64,000 nucleotides of DNA from NCBI GenBank assembly GCA_051251855.1, contig JBPOGI010000002.1, positions 192,001 through 256,000 on the forward strand. The letters are read 5' to 3'. This document shows positions 62,401 through 64,000 of this stretch, one piece after another. Below the pieces are notes generated by a model. It made no database searches and was not told where the DNA came from. It saw only the letters and a program-made list of their open reading frames with translations. Position 1 is the stretch's first letter. Each line of letters opens with the position of its first letter. The translations under genes were made by a program, and so were the position numbers. The stretch comes from Roseibacillus sp. (GTDB lineage: Bacteria; Verrucomicrobiota; Verrucomicrobiia; Verrucomicrobiales; Akkermansiaceae).

Positions 62401-63260
62401 ATCGCGGGTCCCAGTTGCACCTCGGCCACGTCGGAGATTACGATGGCGGTATTGTCACGGCTGGTGATCACTGCCTGGCGCAGGTCTTCGATTTCGCGGA
62501 TGAACCCAATACCGCGAATGAGGTATTCGACGCCATTGACCTCGAGGTTTCGTGCGCCTGTTTCACGATTGGATTTACGCACCGCGTTCATCACTTGGGT
62601 GAGGGTGACGTTGTTAGCGCGCAGAAGGTCGGGGTCGATATCGACCTGATACTCGCGCACGTAACCGCCCACAGAAGCGACCTCCGCGACTCCCTCGGCG
62701 GTCATCAAGGAGTATTTGACCGTAAAGTCCTGAATGGCCCGTAGCTCGTCGAGATCCCAGCCACCGCTGGCGTTGCCGTTCTGGTCACGTCCTTCCAAGG
62801 TATACCAAAAGACCTGTCCAAGCGCGGTGGCATCGGGTCCCAGCTTTGGGGAGACAGCGTCAGGAAGGAGATTGGCGGGGAGGGAATTGAGCTTCTCGAT
62901 AATGCGCGAACGCGACCAATAGAACTCTACCCCTTCCTCAAAAATCAAATAAATGGAGGAAAAACCAAAGTAGGAATAAGTGCGCACTTCCTTAACCCCG
63001 GGCACTCCTAAAAGAGAGACGGTGAGGGGATAGGATATCTGGTCTTCGACATCTCGCGGCGAGCGGCCCGCCCATTCCGTGAAGATGATTTGTTGGTTCT
63101 CGCCCAAGTCCGGGATGGCATCGACTGCGACGGGATCGCGTGGCATCCAAGAGACCTCCCAATCGAAGGGAGCCACGCGCACTCCCCAACCAATGAAAAA
63201 GGTTAGGAGGAGAAGCACCACCAGCTTCTGTTCGAGGCAAAATTTAAGAAAGGCTTTCAT
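59475..63260 (-). CDS. cusA: Heavy-metal efflux RND permease CusA/CzcA family
   Basis: VDAIPDLGENQ, LGPDATALGQV, AIAIGTVVD, RPCLMTT, AVPIVGGM. Confidence 0.93.
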   Translation of the reverse strand: MKAFLKFCLEQKLVVLLLLTFFIGWGVRVAPFDWEVSWMPRDPVAVDAIPDLGENQQIIFTEWAGRSPRDVEDQISYPLTVSLLGVPGVKEVRTYSYFGFSSIYLIFEEGVEFYWSRSRIIEKLNSLPANLLPDAVSPKLGPDATALGQVFWYTLEGRDQNGNASGGWDLDELRAIQDFTVKYSLMTAEGVAEVASVGGYVREYQVDIDPDLLRANNVTLTQVMNAVRKSNRETGARNLEVNGVEYLIRGIGFIREIEDLRQAVITSRDNTAIVISDVAEVQLGPAMRRGALDKDGAEAVGGVVIARFGENPMATIKNTKEQIAKLSSGLPQRVLIDWGETTRDEVLAFAESHQINDPFVGEAPSTEVNHLAWLPWTKTNPSTQWPAWLNHSQLTIVPFYDRSGLISETLGTLEEALFQQVLITIIVVVIMVMHLRTSVLISAMLPLAVLVTFIAMKTFGIDANVVALAGIAIAIGTVVDVGIVLTENVLKHLDEAEPGERTLPVILRGTHEVAGAVLTAVATTVVSFLPVFALTGEAGRLFRPLAFTKTFAISASVIVALTIIPPLAHLLFGKVKKAAPGKWKTRVFLPLNLIVAGLVGWLLAGDWAPLGLDRSQGANFILVAALLVILLGGFKLFELIYAPILRWCLAHKATFLTLPVGLLILALMSWLGFAKVFSFVPKVLGNGTQETALWQDFSKTFPGLSSEFRPRLDEGSFLFMPTISPHASIAEAMEALTELDQAISTVPEVSLVVGKIGRVESSLDPAPVSMIETVIHYLPEFRSDPDGHPIRYQYDRDHQHHVYTEEGELIPDKKGRPFRQWRPHIKTARDIWSEIEKVAKVTGTTGAPLLQPIETRLVMLQTGMRAPMGLKVRAPDLPTLETATLALEKQLKESAIPGLSLATINADRIIGKPYLEIIPDREAAQRFGLNVADVVDTMQAAIGGMEVTTTIEGRERFAVRVRYQREQRNSIEAIEQTLLTTSDGTQIPLSQVATINYVRGPQMIKSENTFLTSYITFGNDEGFTDVDVVESAQDYLAKQRETGALIVPPGVTWEFAGSYKQKRELDKTLLLVVPISLFAIFILLYLQFKSSVTTLIIFSGILVAWSGGFVLLWLYSQPHFLQFEFIGVDFADLFNVHPIALSAAVWVGFLALFGIATDDGVVIATYLKQLFNETTPSSRAEIRDLVVTAGLRRVRPCLMTTATTLLALLPVLTSTGRGSDIMGPMAVPIVGGMAIELLTMFVVPTLYCLHQELKHKFHPQP

Positions 63261-64000
63261 CTACTGGTCCCTGCCATTGAGGGTTTCGAGGGTGAGCGAG
63301 AGGGTCTCGGTGACATCTCCGCAAGAGAACATGCTGGAGCCTAGGTAGGGGTTCTCGACGATGGGTTCGCGCGACAGCCAGTCGGCTCCTTCATTGTCAG
63401 AAGCCATGGGACAGTGAACGAGATAGAGGCTGCCCAGTTGGTCGCTGGCTCCTTCGCGTATGAGGTCGGTGACCAGAGTGATAGATCCCTTGAGCGCTTC
63501 ACGCAGTGCTTCTTCTTCCTTCGCGGCCGCTACTTCGTCCGCGACCGCTTCGAAGTCCGGTCCAAGTTTTCTTAGGTCTTCCGCTAGCTTGGGAGCGCTG
63601 GCGAGCGCTTGTGCGGGCTTGTCATGAGCGAGGGAATCAGAGACCGTCAAAAGCGTTTCGACCGTAAGATTGATTTGCTTGATCTCGCTCTGCGGCAGAG
63701 TGAGCAGAGAGGGAAGTTGCCAGGGGAGTCCTGCTTGGGCGGCGCTGATCGGAAGCTCGCGAACAAGTAATTGCCAGGCGCTAGCGACTGATTTTTCCTT
63801 TGCGAGCGTGGAGGTCTGCACGAGGAGATTGACGAGCTTCATCTTGGCTTCGTCCCAAAGTGGCTCATAGGCGTCGTCTAAAATATCGGGATTGATATCC
63901 TCCAGTATCATCTTGGCACCGGCGAGGTGTTCCACGAACTCTCGGGGACGATCTCGCGCTTCCTCGGCGCGGGCTAGACTTCGTAACACTGGTTTCCAAG
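63261..64000 (-). CDS. C-terminal part of RND periplasmic adaptor (CusB-like, DUF3347-type tail); 5' end outside window
   Basis: HCPMA...GADWL......NPYLGSSMFSCG motif; abuts the cusA start. Confidence 0.7.
   Translation of the reverse strand, partial: WKPVLRSLARAEEARDRPREFVEHLAGAKMILEDINPDILDDAYEPLWDEAKMKLVNLLVQTSTLAKEKSVASAWQLLVRELPISAAQAGLPWQLPSLLTLPQSEIKQINLTVETLLTVSDSLAHDKPAQALASAPKLAEDLRKLGPDFEAVADEVAAAKEEEALREALKGSITLVTDLIREGASDQLGSLYLVHCPMASDNEGADWLSREPIVENPYLGSSMFSCGDVTETLSLTLETLNGRDQ

Larger units (their letters stand above)
23143..64000. mobile_element. Integrative genomic island at tRNA-Thr (right end not seen)
   Basis: att fragment plus integrase, then Rep-like, defence and metal-resistance cargo; no second att copy found by eye. 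Inclusion of the copper cluster is inferred. Confidence 0.75.

Overview
GC-rich bacterial chromosome segment; gene content and style suggest Verrucomicrobia/PVC (inferred, not proven). Bases 1-23.1 kb are housekeeping: a secreted beta-helix protein, L,D-transpeptidase, Fpg/Nei glycosylase, thiS-thiH, sulfatase, upp, prfA, tRNA-Gln, a SurA/PpiD-like chaperone, and ABC and MFS transporters. At 23143-23193 a 3' half-copy of tRNA-Thr(CGT) marks the border of an integrative element whose other end is not in the window. Four modules follow the border. (i) Tyrosine integrase, DUF3102 repeat protein, DUF5131 protein and a gene II/X-like rolling-circle initiator, followed by a ~345-nt multi-branched fold with DNA-type GNA/GNNA loops. 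(ii) A ~8-kb minus-strand operon (PD-(D/E)XK nuclease, DUF3150, DUF1257, DUF2997, Ycf46-like AAA ATPase, beta-clamp, WGR-DNA ligase), interrupted by terminator-like hairpins and containing a second + strand-specific cloverleaf. (iii) An AT-richer defence-like block (IetAS, NERD, CHAT protease, DUF4209/HEPN, SEC-C nuclease, PIN-like protein). (iv) A copper-resistance cluster. The most interesting hypothesis is an integrative element that goes through a + strand ssDNA phase and carries its own folded origin/promoter elements and DNA-establishment operon. Family assignments are by motif recognition by eye, not database searches.
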